A program made the translations under genes and the position numbers. A stretch of DNA of 52,700 nucleotides from an uncultured Oscillospiraceae bacterium (GTDB lineage: Bacteria; Bacillota; Clostridia; Oscillospirales; Oscillospiraceae), in NCBI GenBank assembly GCA_964499615.1, contig CAZCLX010000001.1:1-52700 (forward strand), in the 5' to 3' direction. The notes under the pieces were generated by a model, which was not told where the DNA came from, did not search any database, and saw only the letters and a program-made list of their open reading frames with translations. Each line of letters opens with the position of its first letter. Position 1 is the first letter of the stretch. This document shows positions 17,897-28,838 of this stretch, in pieces.

Positions 17897-19150
17897 ATGG
17901 GTGAAAATATCAGACTTGCCTTTGAAGGCATTTGGAGCCATAAGCTTCGCTCCATGCTGACTATGCTGGGTATTATCATCGGCATCGCCGCTATCATTAC
18001 CATTGTTTCCACCATTCAGGGAACCAATGAGCAGATCAAGGAGAATTTAATCGGTGCGGGAAACAATGTGGTGACAGTACAGCTGTACGCGGAAGGTTAT
18101 GCCTACGATATGACCTGGAACGATATCCCATCCGGCGTCCAAACCATCACTGAGGAAACCCGGCAGGAACTGGAAGCAATCCATGGCGTGGAGGAGGTTT
18201 CCCTGATTCATACCCGGAGTTGGGACGATGAAAATTATTATCTGAATACTGAGTTTGATGGGACACTGATGGGAATTGACCAGCATTACCTTAGCGTCTA
18301 CGGTTACCGGATTCGGAACGGCAGAGGCTTCACAGAGACAGATTTTCTGAATTTCCGGAAGGTAGCACTGGTGGATGCCAAGGCGGTGAGCACCCTCTTT
18401 GGCGGAGAAAATCCCATTAATCAGACGTTGGAGCTGCAGGGGGAACCTTTTATTGTCGTGGGTGTCGTGACCCTTTCCGATGAATTTAGTCCTACGATCA
18501 ACTCCATGCAGGATTACCAGCTGTATGCAGATACCTCGGCAGGGACGATTTTCATCCCGGATCCGGTCTGGCCTTCCATCTACCTGTTTGATGAACCTCA
18601 GACGGCGGTTATTAAGGTGGAGAATACCGACGCAATGACCTCCGTCGGCAAGGAGGCAGCGGACCTGCTGACTCAGAAGCAGATCGAAGATCCGGAAAGT
18701 GATTTTGATTACCGCAGCCAGGATATGCTGGAACAGGCTCAGCAGCTCCAGGAAATGAGCCAGTCCACCAATACCCAGCTTATCTGGATTGCCAGCATTT
18801 CCCTGCTGGTCGGCGGTATCGGCGTTATGAACATTATGCTGGTATCCGTTACCGAGCGTACCAGTGAAATCGGTCTGAAAAAGGCTATCGGCGCGAAAAA
18901 GAAGAGGATCCTGCTCCAGTTCCTGACGGAAGCGGCAGTGCTCACCTTCCTGGGCGGCGTAATTGGGGTAATTTCCGGTATTGTTTTGGCTGAGGTTATT
19001 TCCAGCCTCATGCAGATCCCGGTGGCCATCAGTGTTCCTGCTATATTGGTAGCTGTGGTGTTCTCTACTCTTATCGGTGTCATTTTCGGCATGTTGCCGG
19101 CAACCAAGGCGGCAAACCTGAACCCCATCGAGGCACTTCGCAGAGATTGA
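17897..19150 (+). CDS. ABC permease, MacB/FtsX/YknZ type
   Basis: KLRSMLTMLGIIIGI; ISLLVGGIGVMNIMLVSVTERTSEIG; LNPIEALR. Confidence 0.93.
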   Translation: MGENIRLAFEGIWSHKLRSMLTMLGIIIGIAAIITIVSTIQGTNEQIKENLIGAGNNVVTVQLYAEGYAYDMTWNDIPSGVQTITEETRQELEAIHGVEEVSLIHTRSWDDENYYLNTEFDGTLMGIDQHYLSVYGYRIRNGRGFTETDFLNFRKVALVDAKAVSTLFGGENPINQTLELQGEPFIVVGVVTLSDEFSPTINSMQDYQLYADTSAGTIFIPDPVWPSIYLFDEPQTAVIKVENTDAMTSVGKEAADLLTQKQIEDPESDFDYRSQDMLEQAQQLQEMSQSTNTQLIWIASISLLVGGIGVMNIMLVSVTERTSEIGLKKAIGAKKKRILLQFLTEAAVLTFLGGVIGVISGIVLAEVISSLMQIPVAISVPAILVAVVFSTLIGVIFGMLPATKAANLNPIEALRRD

Positions 19151-19165
19151 GTGACTATACACAGA

Positions 19166-19196
19166 GGGACGCCGCAAAAACGCGGCGTCCCCTTTC
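19166..19196 (+). terminator. Intrinsic terminator
   Basis: GGGACGCCGC-AAAAAC-GCGGCGTCCC followed by CTTTC. Confidence 0.7.
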
Positions 19197-19278
19197 AACA
19201 GCGTATTAAGAGTTATACTTGTATTTTCCCGGAAAGTGTGGCATAATAGGAAAAACGATCCAAAGCGGAGGAAGATTC

Positions 19279-20748
19279 ATGAAATGTGGTATCAAATTAC
19301 TTTTGGCTGCTATCGCAGCAACACTGCTGCTGTCGGGGTGCACCCAGGAGGAACAGCTTCCTCCGGAGACCACCGAGATGCCGATTATCGACAAGCTGAC
19401 TCTGGTTGTCACAGAGGATGATATTCTCCAGCTGGAGGAATACCCGGATCTGAAGGAGGTCAACCTCTGCGGAAGTACCTGTTATGAACAGATTCAGCAA
19501 TATCAGCAGGAGCATCCCGATGTGGAGGTCACCTATTCCGTGGCGCTGGGAAGCCGCGCGGCGGTATCCGGCACCAAAAAGCTGACTCTTCGATCTGGTG
19601 AATACGACTACGATATGCTTCTGGACAATCTGATCTACCTGGACAGCATGGAGTCGCTGACTTTTCCGGACGCGGAGCTGACCATGGGACAGGTTGCGGC
19701 GCTTCAGGAAAAATATCCCCAAATTTCCTTTGACTATACGGTGACGCTGAATGGGGAAGAGGTAACGCTGGATACCCAGGCGTTGGATCTTTCCTGGGCA
19801 ATACCGGAGGAACTGGGATTCATCTCTCAAAAGCTGTCTCTGCTGCCAAATCTCAGCCAGGTAGAGTTGATGAACGGAGATGCGTGTAATCTAACCATGG
19901 CGGATGTGAGCGCATTGCAGACCGCTCTGCCCAACGTGACATTCCACTACGCCTTTGAGCTTTTTGGGAAAACCGTCTCCACCACCGATGAACGGATCGA
20001 ATTTAAAAACCAGGAAATCGGCGATCAAGGGGAGGAGGAACTGCGGCAGGCGCTGAGCCTTCTGCGGGGAACCTATGTGCTGCTGGATACCTGCGGGTTC
20101 AGCAATGAGCTGCTCGCCCAGCTTCGTGACGAATACCGGGAAAATGTCAAGCTGGTATGGCGGATCAGATTTGGCAAAAACGGAAGCTGTACCACTGACC
20201 GGGAGGTCATTCGGTGGGTGTACGGACTGACGGACAGCAATTGTCATGACCTGATTTATTGCGAGGACGCCAAGTTCTGCGACTTTGGCCACGACGAAAC
20301 CCTGACGGACTGTTCCTTTGTGGCGGGAATGCCCAACCTGGAAGCGATCATTCTCTCCGGTTCCTCTATCAAAGATTTGAGTGCCTTTGCCGGATGTAAA
20401 AAGCTGGAGTTTTTGGAGCTTGCCTACTGTGGGCTGCTGACGGATATTACACCCCTTGCCCAGTGTGAAAGCCTGAAGCGGCTGAATATCGGATTTACAA
20501 AGGTCAGCGACCTTTCTCCTCTGTATGATCTGCCCATGGAGGTTATGGTGGCAATGTCTACTCCAACCAGCTCGGAGGAGCGTGCCCGGTTCCAGGAAAA
20601 GCACCCGGAATGTCTCCTCAACTATACCGATAGCCAGCCCTACGGATATCCCTGGCGGTATGTGGACAATGGCGTCACCTTTAACGAATATTACCTTAAG
20701 CTCAAGGAGGCATTTAATTACCCGAACACACAGAATACCACATGGTGA
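19279..20748 (+). CDS. Leucine-rich-repeat lipoprotein
   Basis: Lipobox LLSGC; LRR units MPNLEAIILSGSSIKDLSAF, KKLEFLELAYCGLLTDITPL, ESLKRLNIGFTKVSDLSPL. Confidence 0.8.
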   Translation: MKCGIKLLLAAIAATLLLSGCTQEEQLPPETTEMPIIDKLTLVVTEDDILQLEEYPDLKEVNLCGSTCYEQIQQYQQEHPDVEVTYSVALGSRAAVSGTKKLTLRSGEYDYDMLLDNLIYLDSMESLTFPDAELTMGQVAALQEKYPQISFDYTVTLNGEEVTLDTQALDLSWAIPEELGFISQKLSLLPNLSQVELMNGDACNLTMADVSALQTALPNVTFHYAFELFGKTVSTTDERIEFKNQEIGDQGEEELRQALSLLRGTYVLLDTCGFSNELLAQLRDEYRENVKLVWRIRFGKNGSCTTDREVIRWVYGLTDSNCHDLIYCEDAKFCDFGHDETLTDCSFVAGMPNLEAIILSGSSIKDLSAFAGCKKLEFLELAYCGLLTDITPLAQCESLKRLNIGFTKVSDLSPLYDLPMEVMVAMSTPTSSEERARFQEKHPECLLNYTDSQPYGYPWRYVDNGVTFNEYYLKLKEAFNYPNTQNTTW

Positions 20749-20818
20749 GTGGGAAAAAAGGCAGTGAGTAAGCTGGGAGATCCCCGGTATGTCGGGAAGC
20801 CAGAATTTTGCGAAGGAA

Positions 20819-20848
20819 GCCGCAGCGTCTGCTGCGGCCCCTTTTTAT
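20819..20848 (+). terminator. Probable intrinsic terminator
   Basis: GCCGCAGC-GTCT-GCTGCGGC then CCCTTTTT. Confidence 0.6.
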
Positions 20849-20958
20849 GGCGCAAACCGGGGCAAGTTTTAGGAAATCAAGAATTTTTCCTTGCTATCCG
20901 ATGGAAATATGGTAAAATGAGAAAAAGAAAAGGATTTTGGGGGGGCAGCTTGCTTTTT

Positions 20959-21921
20959 ATGAAAAGAATTTTTTTGTTGCTCCTTGCAGCGCTTATCCTT
21001 GCGGGATGCACCGGGAAAACGGAGTCTGCGGCATTGCCTCCGGAAGTGAATCAGAGGCTGACTGTTGCAACAAGTCTGGAAAAAGAGGTCTGGGAGCCGC
21101 TGGTTCTGGAATTCGAGCAGCGCACCGGCGTCTGGACAGAGGTGGTTACCGGAACCGCCCCGGAGTTGCTGGAAAGCTGGGAGGATGCCGGCTGGGATCT
21201 GATTTTTGGATGTGAAACGGATTTCCTCTCGGCGCATGCCGACGCGTTTCAGGCCTGCCCGGATGTTTCGGAGAATTTTAGCGAGTTTGCCCCCGCGGGA
21301 GAGGAGTATTGCCCGGTATCCTCCCAGGGTGTGGTGCTGATCTATAACCCAATGCTGATCCGGCAGAATCCTCCAACCGGCTTTGACAGCCTACTGGATC
21401 CCGCCTGGCAGGGGCACATTGCTTTCGCGGATCCTCAAGAATCCGATTTTGGCAGGACAGTGCTGGAGATTCTGACTTTGGAAAACCCAGAGGAGGATCC
21501 GGAAACCGTGCTGACCCGGTTTTCCGGGAACCTGGGAGAGCTGCTCCCGGATGTTGGAAGTGTGATTGACAGCGTGGCGGACGGAAGCTGCCGGCTTGCT
21601 GTGGTTCCGGAGGACGCAGCGAAGCGGCGTCTTCGAGTGGGAGGCTCCCTGACCGTGGTGTATCCCTCTCAGGGTATCTACCGGATTGCTCAAGGCTGTG
21701 CCATTTTTCGGGACGCTCCCCACAAAGAAAACGCAGAGGCTTTTCTTCGCTTTTTGCTGAGCCAGGACGCCCAGAACTACGCTTTGGAAGAAACAGATCG
21801 GGGCAGCGTGTTGGCTTCCTTTGGAAAGCAGGAGGGCGTATTTTATGATGCGGTTGCCGCTGGCGCACGTCAGGAAAGCGTCCTTTCCGTGTGGGAAAAA
21901 ATCCGGGAGGGGGAAGCATGA
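20959..21921 (+). CDS. Extracellular solute-binding lipoprotein, probable sensory partner of the downstream kinase
   Basis: Lipobox ILAGC; LIYN, LLDPAWQGHIAFADP, APHKENAEAFLRFLLS (AfuA/FbpA-like); ATGA overlap with the kinase gene. Confidence 0.8.
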   Translation: MKRIFLLLLAALILAGCTGKTESAALPPEVNQRLTVATSLEKEVWEPLVLEFEQRTGVWTEVVTGTAPELLESWEDAGWDLIFGCETDFLSAHADAFQACPDVSENFSEFAPAGEEYCPVSSQGVVLIYNPMLIRQNPPTGFDSLLDPAWQGHIAFADPQESDFGRTVLEILTLENPEEDPETVLTRFSGNLGELLPDVGSVIDSVADGSCRLAVVPEDAAKRRLRVGGSLTVVYPSQGIYRIAQGCAIFRDAPHKENAEAFLRFLLSQDAQNYALEETDRGSVLASFGKQEGVFYDAVAAGARQESVLSVWEKIREGEA

Positions 21922-23615
21922 AAAACTGGATTCAGCGCTCTTTCCGAAACCGGGTTTTTGCCTATGTTCTTCTCATTACTCTGCTGCCCCTGTTTCTATG
22001 CAATGTACTGATGATGCGGTTCCAGGTGGAGCGTACCAACCGGGATCAGCAGGAGGAAGCAGATGCCCATTTGGAGGAATGCCGGGAAGAATTCGCTTCT
22101 CTCTCCCGGGAAATGGAGCAGCTGGCGGATACTCTGTGCGGCAGTACCGTTGTTCGCAGTGTTCTCCGAGGCGGAACCACAGACTCCCGGATCTTGTATC
22201 AGGTGCTTTTTCGGGAAGCGGCGGACATCCGGGAAAACGCTCGGGTGGATGTGTGCTTGCCGGACGGGCGTTGCTGCTATACCACAGGGCAGTCTTTGCC
22301 TCTGACTCAGCAGAGAACGGACTGGGGTGTGCTTCGGGCAGCCAGTCAAAGTGATGGCATGGTCTTCCGCACCGGCGGCGAGGGCGCTTTTCAGTGTGCC
22401 CGGGCGGTGCGGCGCTATGACGGCGTTATTCTGGGGTATATTCTGTTTACTGTGACCCAGCAGAACCTGGATGAATTGTTCCGGGGGTGCTTGGGCAGTA
22501 CCGAGGAACTGCTGATATTGGATCCACAGGGAGAATTGAGTTATAGCACCCGATCCGCTGATGGCGCTGACCAGGGGTACTGGCTGCGGCAGCGTCTGCT
22601 CCAGGGAGAGGATGTTACCTTGGACTCGGCAGGAGAATGCCGTTACAGTTTCCGATCAGTGGAGGAGACCGGTTATCTTCTCGTGCTGCAGCAGCCCATG
22701 GTGTATTCCCAGCGGGTGCTGAATACCCTCTATTTGATCAGCCTGACCCTGGGATTGTTGTGCCTGGGGCTGTGTGTGATCTGCGCTTTTTGGCTCAGCG
22801 GGAATCTGTTTGAACCCGTGGATCGCTTGAACCGCGCCATGGGCAGGGTAGAACAGGGAGATCTTCAGGTCAGCATCGAAACAAAGCGGAAAGACGAGCT
22901 TGGAGCATTGGCGTCATCTTTTAACCGGATGACCAGGGAATACAGGCTGAATTTGGAACGATCCATGGAGCACCAGCGGGAGCTGAATGCCGCGCGGATC
23001 CGGATGATGCAAGCCCAGATCAATCCCCATTTTCTGTATAATACTCTGGACTCCATGAAGTGGCTTGGCGTCGTGAACCATGTGCCACAGATCGCGGATC
23101 TTTCCACCAACCTGGCGGATCTTCTACGGGCTGCCATTTCTCAGGAGGAGTTTGTCACATTGGAGGAGGAGCTGGATCTGGTAGAGCGATATCTGGATAT
23201 CCAGTATATCCGTTATGAGGATCGGTTCTCCTGCGAAATCGATGTGGGGGAGCGCTTCCAGCATTGCTTTGTGCCCAAGCTGATCTTACAGCCGCTAGTG
23301 GAAAATGCAATCATCCACGGCTTGGCAGACCGGGAAGATGGCTACATAAAAATTACCGCGGAGGAAGCGGTGGGAGATCTGATCCTTGCCGTTCAGGACA
23401 ATGGCTGCGGCTTCCCAAAGGAACAGATGGATCGGCTCAACCGGGGAGAAGAAGCTGATACCGGAAGACATTTGGGTTTGCACAACGTGGATAAGATTTT
23501 ATCCCTGCACTACGGGGCGGGATATGGAGTCCGGGTATACTCCCTGCCGGGAGAGGGCAGTCGGGTGACTCTGCGGCTGCCCATGCAAGTTAAGGAGGAG
23601 GAGAGCCAATGCTGA
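21918..23615 (+). CDS. YesM/LytS-type sensor histidine kinase
   Basis: Two TMs, HAMP (DELGALASSFNRM), AQINPHFLYNTL, LQPLVENAIIHG, DNGCG. Confidence 0.92.
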   Translation: MKNWIQRSFRNRVFAYVLLITLLPLFLCNVLMMRFQVERTNRDQQEEADAHLEECREEFASLSREMEQLADTLCGSTVVRSVLRGGTTDSRILYQVLFREAADIRENARVDVCLPDGRCCYTTGQSLPLTQQRTDWGVLRAASQSDGMVFRTGGEGAFQCARAVRRYDGVILGYILFTVTQQNLDELFRGCLGSTEELLILDPQGELSYSTRSADGADQGYWLRQRLLQGEDVTLDSAGECRYSFRSVEETGYLLVLQQPMVYSQRVLNTLYLISLTLGLLCLGLCVICAFWLSGNLFEPVDRLNRAMGRVEQGDLQVSIETKRKDELGALASSFNRMTREYRLNLERSMEHQRELNAARIRMMQAQINPHFLYNTLDSMKWLGVVNHVPQIADLSTNLADLLRAAISQEEFVTLEEELDLVERYLDIQYIRYEDRFSCEIDVGERFQHCFVPKLILQPLVENAIIHGLADREDGYIKITAEEAVGDLILAVQDNGCGFPKEQMDRLNRGEEADTGRHLGLHNVDKILSLHYGAGYGVRVYSLPGEGSRVTLRLPMQVKEEESQC

Positions 23616-24409
23616 AGGTACTGGTGGTAGATGATGAGCCAACCGTCCGTCGTGGGATCATTCTGGGCGTGGACTGGGAGAAAATGGACTGCGTTGTGGC
23701 AGGGGAAGCGACCAATGGCCTGGAAGGCCTGGAAGCTGTGGAGCGGTATAATCCCAATCTGATCATTACCGATGTGCGGATGCCCAAAATGGACGGCCTG
23801 GAGATGTTGCGCCGCCTTCGCGAACGGGGCTGCCGAGCGAATGTGATCCTGCTGACAGCATACAATGAATTTGAGTATGCCAGAAGCGCTCTCCAGCTTG
23901 GGGCAGTAGACTACATTCTGAAGCCATTCCGGAATCAGGAACTGATTGCCGCCATTGAGCGGGTTCGTCAGCGGGAAGCGAATGTGGTAGGTACCGGTGT
24001 GCTGGATCCGCTTGCGCTGTCCAAAGGGGACAAGAGCAAGTACGTTCTTCAGGCAATGAACTATATTTCCAGGCACTACAGTGATACAGATATCAGCATT
24101 ACCTCCATTGCGGGAGCTTTGGGAGTCAGCGAGGGTCACCTGAGCCATGTGTTTAAAAAGGAAACCAGCTACACAGTGATTTCCTATCTGACCCAATACC
24201 GGATCCACAAAGCCATGGAACTGTTGCGGGACTGCCGGTACAAGGTCTACGAGGTAGCGGAGCTGGTAGGTTACCGGGATGTGGCTTATTTCAGCAGTAC
24301 TTTTAAAAAAACAGCGGGGCTTTCGCCTTCGGAATACCAGGAGCGCAGCGGGGGATGGGAAAATGCACAAAAACAGGCGTCTGATTTTCAAAAGCTCCAT
24401 GTAAAATGA
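23609..24409 (+). CDS. YesN-type response regulator (receiver + AraC HTH)
   Basis: VLVVDDE, TDVRMP, YILKP; C-terminal EVAELVGYRDVAYFSSTFKK. Confidence 0.92.
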   Translation: MLKVLVVDDEPTVRRGIILGVDWEKMDCVVAGEATNGLEGLEAVERYNPNLIITDVRMPKMDGLEMLRRLRERGCRANVILLTAYNEFEYARSALQLGAVDYILKPFRNQELIAAIERVRQREANVVGTGVLDPLALSKGDKSKYVLQAMNYISRHYSDTDISITSIAGALGVSEGHLSHVFKKETSYTVISYLTQYRIHKAMELLRDCRYKVYEVAELVGYRDVAYFSSTFKKTAGLSPSEYQERSGGWENAQKQASDFQKLHVK

Positions 24410-24527
24410 CAGGTATTTCATAGGAATCGCAGAATCACCCGGTTCCATTTTATCCTACGGTTCCTGTATAATATAAAAAGAGAAGGAACATGGAATGTTC
24501 CGATTATAATGAAGGAGAAGATGAATC

Positions 24528-25823
24528 ATGAAAAAACTGCTTGCTTTGCTGCTTGCTGCCTGTATGGTTCTTTCCCTGGCCGCATGTGCCGACAGCCAGG
24601 AGCCTGCTCAGGAAGATCCAGCGCCCACCAACACAACTGTAGCCAATCAGTCTGCCCAGACCGAGGCTCCCCAGGAGGAAGTCAAGGATTATTCCGGCTA
24701 CACAATCCGAATTTACTCCAACTCCAACTCCACTGAGCGTACTACCTGGCTGATCAATGAGGCCAGAGATGCGGGCTTCACCATTTCTATCGATGACAAT
24801 TCTGTCATCTCCGGCGATGTAGCTGCCATCCAGGCTGCCAACGAGAACAAAGACGGCGACCTGATGTTCGGTCTGAACGAGACCCGCTGGAGCCAGTTGG
24901 TGAAGGGCGAGTATGAGAACCTGAGCCTGGTGGACTGGACTCCATCTTGGGCTGACGAAGTGGGCGAGTACGCTTACCCCGGTCAGGCCTACGGTCTGGT
25001 TATTCAGAACGTTCTGATGCTCTACCGGAACGATGAGCTGGGCACCAACGGTGAGAAGCTCCACTTTCAGCACTGGGCGGACATTGTGAACTGCGGCTAC
25101 ACCTGGTACCGTCAGAACAAGGTCGGCGGCACTACCAATTCCAACATCAACTCCGCTATGCTCTATGCCTTCACCGATCCCACCTCCCCTGCTGGCGGTA
25201 TTACTGTGGATGGCTGGAAGACGCTGTGGGCGTACTGCGCTGGCGGTAAGTCCGGAGGCGACGACTACAAGTATGGCTTTGATCCTCTGAATAAGGGTGA
25301 TGTCCAGGTTTCCACCTTCTATTCGTCTTCTCTTTATGGCAAGATCGATGCCGCTGCGGAAAGCTCTGAGCATCCTCTGCTGGGCACCATGGAGCCGGAG
25401 AACTGGGATCTGGTTGAGATCGATGATGGCACGTACTACATTGCCGAGTATCTGGGCATCCTGGACAAGGCCGGGCGCTCCGAGGAAGAGACTGAGGCTG
25501 TAAAGGCCTTTGCCGAGTGGTTCGGTTCTGCGGAGACCCAGGCTGCCTGGGGTGAAGAGTTCGATTCCTATCCCTGCAACCAGGCCGCTGCATCCATCCT
25601 GTACCCAGATGGCGTTCCTTCCATCTACACTCTGAAAAACTTTGCACTGACAACCGTGGAAGGTACTGACATGACCTACGCTGAGTATGTGGCTGCCCAC
25701 ACAACCGAGTGGACCAACATTATGTCTAACCTGGGATTCTACTGGGCAGATGACGCCTCTGCCGCTTCTGAGCCTGATTGGGATAACCTGGATTGGGCCG
25801 CGCTGACCCAGTCCGCCAGCTAG
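24528..25823 (+). CDS. ABC transporter substrate-binding lipoprotein
   Basis: Lipobox LAACA; IRIYSNS; AVKAFAEWFGSAETQ; first gene of the ABC operon. Confidence 0.8.
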   Translation: MKKLLALLLAACMVLSLAACADSQEPAQEDPAPTNTTVANQSAQTEAPQEEVKDYSGYTIRIYSNSNSTERTTWLINEARDAGFTISIDDNSVISGDVAAIQAANENKDGDLMFGLNETRWSQLVKGEYENLSLVDWTPSWADEVGEYAYPGQAYGLVIQNVLMLYRNDELGTNGEKLHFQHWADIVNCGYTWYRQNKVGGTTNSNINSAMLYAFTDPTSPAGGITVDGWKTLWAYCAGGKSGGDDYKYGFDPLNKGDVQVSTFYSSSLYGKIDAAAESSEHPLLGTMEPENWDLVEIDDGTYYIAEYLGILDKAGRSEEETEAVKAFAEWFGSAETQAAWGEEFDSYPCNQAAASILYPDGVPSIYTLKNFALTTVEGTDMTYAEYVAAHTTEWTNIMSNLGFYWADDASAASEPDWDNLDWAALTQSAS

Positions 25824-25840
25824 CTTTTGCGAATGACCAT

Positions 25841-25866
25841 GGCGAGCCGGGAAAACCGGCTCGCCC
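25841..25866 (+). terminator. Intra-operon stem-loop after the binding-protein gene
   Basis: GGCGAGCCGG-GAAAA-CCGGCTCGCC; weak U-tract, so probably an mRNA stabiliser. Confidence 0.6.
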
Positions 25867-25908
25867 CATTTCTACCTGGATGAAATTGTACAGAAAGGGT
25901 TCTGCCTT

Positions 25909-26940
25909 ATGTCTCAAGAAATGATCCGACTGGAAAACATCGTCGTGCGGTTCGGCGATTTTGAAGCTCTGCACCATATTGAAGTCGATGTGCGGGAAGG
26001 GGAGTTTTTCACCTTCCTCGGGCCGTCCGGCTGTGGTAAGACGACCACCCTGCGCACCATTACCGGGTTTATTGAGCCGGTCTCCGGCGCGGTTCGGGTC
26101 AAGGGGCAGGACATCACTCACGTCCCCATTGAGGAGCGTAACATCGGTATTGTGTTCCAAAGCTACGCTCTGTTCCCCACTATGACGGTGTACGACAACA
26201 TTGCCTTCGGCCTGAAGGTGAAAAAACTGAAGAAAGCGGAGGTCGATAAACGGGTTCGTGCCATCGCGAAGAAGGTGGATCTTTCCGATGAGCAGCTTGC
26301 CAAGGCGGTTTCCCAGCTTTCCGGCGGACAGCAACAGCGCGTTGCAATCGCCCGGGCGCTGGTTACAGGCCCCACGATCATATGCATGGATGAGCCTCTG
26401 TCCAACCTGGACGCCAAGCTTCGAGTTCAGCTGCGCAATGAATTAAAACGGATGCAGAAGGATTTCGGCATTACCACCATCTATGTCACCCACGATCAGG
26501 AGGAGGCCCTGACACTCTCAGACCGGATCGCTGTGTTCAACAAGGGCTATATTGAGCAGATCGGTACGCCAAACGAGGTGTATAACCACTCTGCCACAGA
26601 GTTTGTCTGCAACTTCATCGGCGATATCAACCGTCTTTCCCCGGAGGTGTGCCGTGCTCTTGGCGCGGACGAGAAGATGAATAACTACATCCGTCTTGAG
26701 CGGATCCATGTGAATGTGGAGCCAAAGGAAGGGGATGTGGTGCTTTCCGGCATCGTGGAGAGCCGGGAATACTACGGTCTGTACATTAAATATTACATCC
26801 GTCTGGTCAGCCAGACCATCAAGGTCATTGAGAAAAATGATGGGGTGAACATCTATGAGCCTGGTCAGACGGTAAACGCCGTTCTGAATCCTCGGGACGT
26901 GATGGCCTATCCCCCCCAGGAGGAGGGAAACGCGGTATGA
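25909..26940 (+). CDS. ABC importer ATPase (FbpC/AfuC/PotA type)
   Basis: [47 protein letters not shown]. Confidence 0.92.
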   Translation: MSQEMIRLENIVVRFGDFEALHHIEVDVREGEFFTFLGPSGCGKTTTLRTITGFIEPVSGAVRVKGQDITHVPIEERNIGIVFQSYALFPTMTVYDNIAFGLKVKKLKKAEVDKRVRAIAKKVDLSDEQLAKAVSQLSGGQQQRVAIARALVTGPTIICMDEPLSNLDAKLRVQLRNELKRMQKDFGITTIYVTHDQEEALTLSDRIAVFNKGYIEQIGTPNEVYNHSATEFVCNFIGDINRLSPEVCRALGADEKMNNYIRLERIHVNVEPKEGDVVLSGIVESREYYGLYIKYYIRLVSQTIKVIEKNDGVNIYEPGQTVNAVLNPRDVMAYPPQEEGNAV

Positions 26941-28838
26941 AAAAGCCCATTCGCCTGGATCGGCGATCTGTGCCGAAGATCATTGGATGGCTGGCGTACA
27001 TTTATTTGTTTGTGGGTTTTATGCTGGTGCCCTGCTTCAATACGCTGGCAAGCATTTTCAATACTGTAAAGCCTGACGGCAGCCGGGATCCCCTGGCAGT
27101 GATTCGGTTCTTCTTTGCCGGAAGCATGGGGAAATACGTCCTCAACTCCCTCAAGCTGGCAGTGTGCCTGGTGGTCACCGTCAATATTGTGGGCGTTTCC
27201 ATCGTCCTGCTGACGGAGTATTTTGATATAAAGGGAGCCAGAATTCTCCGGCTGGGCTACATGACCACTATGATCTATTCCGGTGTGGCTCTGGTCACAG
27301 GCTATCTGTTCCTGTATGACAGCGACGGCATTATCACCACGGCGCTTGTGAAGGTGTTCCCCAACATGGATAAGAATTGGTTCTCCGGTTTCCGGGCGGT
27401 GCTGTTCACCATGACCTTTGCCTGCACCAGTAACCATGCACTCTTCCTCCGCAACGCCATCCGGGGCATCGACTACAACACGGTGGAGGCGGCGCGGAAC
27501 ATGGGAGCAAAGCCATTTAAAGTGCTTCTCAAGGTGGTTTTCCCAACGCTGGTTCCCACCATGTTTTCCCTGACGGTTATGACCTTTATCACCGGTCTTT
27601 GCGCCATGTCTGCCCCAACACTATTGGGCTACGACTCTATCAACCCGGAGATCGTCCGGCTGGCAGGTTCCTCCGTAGCGGATGAGGCGTTCCCCCAGGC
27701 AAGGGCAGCGTTGCTGTCTGTGATTCTGGCGATCTTCACCATTGTGCTGCTCACAGTACTCACTGCCTATGAATCCAAGGGTCACTATCTGTCTGTATCC
27801 AAAACCAAAGCGAAGCTGATCAAGCAGAAAATTGCGAACCCTGTCGCGAATGTGTTTGCTCATATCTACGCTTACGTTCTGTTTATTATTTACATGACTC
27901 CGGTGGTAATGATCATCATTTTCTCCTTCCAGACATATAAGGCCATCCGGATGAAGACACTGGATCTTACCTCCTGGACATTAATCAACTATTTTGGCTC
28001 TCAGGATTACGAGTACCTCACATCCCGGGGGACTTACAAGACGAGAAAAGGATCCATCTCCGGCCTGTTTTCCAATGAGGCCACTTTGGGCGGTATCAAG
28101 CTCAGCTTCATCATGTCCGCTATTGCCGCTGCCCTGGCGTGCATTATTGTTGTGGTGGCATGCAGCTACATCTTTAAAAACCGGAAAAAAGCCAGCGGCA
28201 AGGTGCTGGAATACAGTCTTCTGTTTCCCTGGCTGTTGCCTACGATCCTGATTTGCTATTCCTACCGAACCTTCTTCAACGCAGATAGCATTTTCTACGT
28301 AGGCGGAAAGAACCTGTACTACGCTCAGAATGTCCGGCTGCTGATCATTATGGCATACACAGTGACCAAGCTTCCGTTCTCTTTGCGGATGATCAAGGCA
28401 AGCTTCTACGCCATCGACGAGGAGCTGGAGGACGCGGCAAAGAACCTGGGTTCCAGTTCTCTTATGACATTCCTGAAAGTGAAACTGCCTATTATCCTGC
28501 CCAGCGTTCTGGCAGTGTTTGCTCTGAACTTTAACGCTCTGTTCACGGAATACGATATGTCCGCTACCTTTGCCAGCTCCTATGGAACCACTTACGCTAT
28601 GGTCATCCAGAGCATGTGCGCCGAGGAAGGCCTGTACGGCTACAACGTCAATGCCTCCGGCAGGCGGTGTGCCAGTACTGTGTTTATCATGATCGTTTCC
28701 GGCATCATTTTGTATCTGGTCTACGGTGTTGGCAGCCGGGATCTGGGAGAACGGCTGGAAATCCGGGATCGAAGAAGAAAACGCCGGGAGAAAATTACCG
28801 GAGCGTTCCGGAAAAAGGAGCCTGCTGGGGTAAAATGA
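26937..28838 (+). CDS. Fused double ABC permease (FbpB/AfuB type)
   Basis: Multi-TM; two EAA loops (VEAARNMGA, EDAAKNLGS). Confidence 0.88.
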   Translation: MKKPIRLDRRSVPKIIGWLAYIYLFVGFMLVPCFNTLASIFNTVKPDGSRDPLAVIRFFFAGSMGKYVLNSLKLAVCLVVTVNIVGVSIVLLTEYFDIKGARILRLGYMTTMIYSGVALVTGYLFLYDSDGIITTALVKVFPNMDKNWFSGFRAVLFTMTFACTSNHALFLRNAIRGIDYNTVEAARNMGAKPFKVLLKVVFPTLVPTMFSLTVMTFITGLCAMSAPTLLGYDSINPEIVRLAGSSVADEAFPQARAALLSVILAIFTIVLLTVLTAYESKGHYLSVSKTKAKLIKQKIANPVANVFAHIYAYVLFIIYMTPVVMIIIFSFQTYKAIRMKTLDLTSWTLINYFGSQDYEYLTSRGTYKTRKGSISGLFSNEATLGGIKLSFIMSAIAAALACIIVVVACSYIFKNRKKASGKVLEYSLLFPWLLPTILICYSYRTFFNADSIFYVGGKNLYYAQNVRLLIIMAYTVTKLPFSLRMIKASFYAIDEELEDAAKNLGSSSLMTFLKVKLPIILPSVLAVFALNFNALFTEYDMSATFASSYGTTYAMVIQSMCAEEGLYGYNVNASGRRCASTVFIMIVSGIILYLVYGVGSRDLGERLEIRDRRRKRREKITGAFRKKEPAGVK

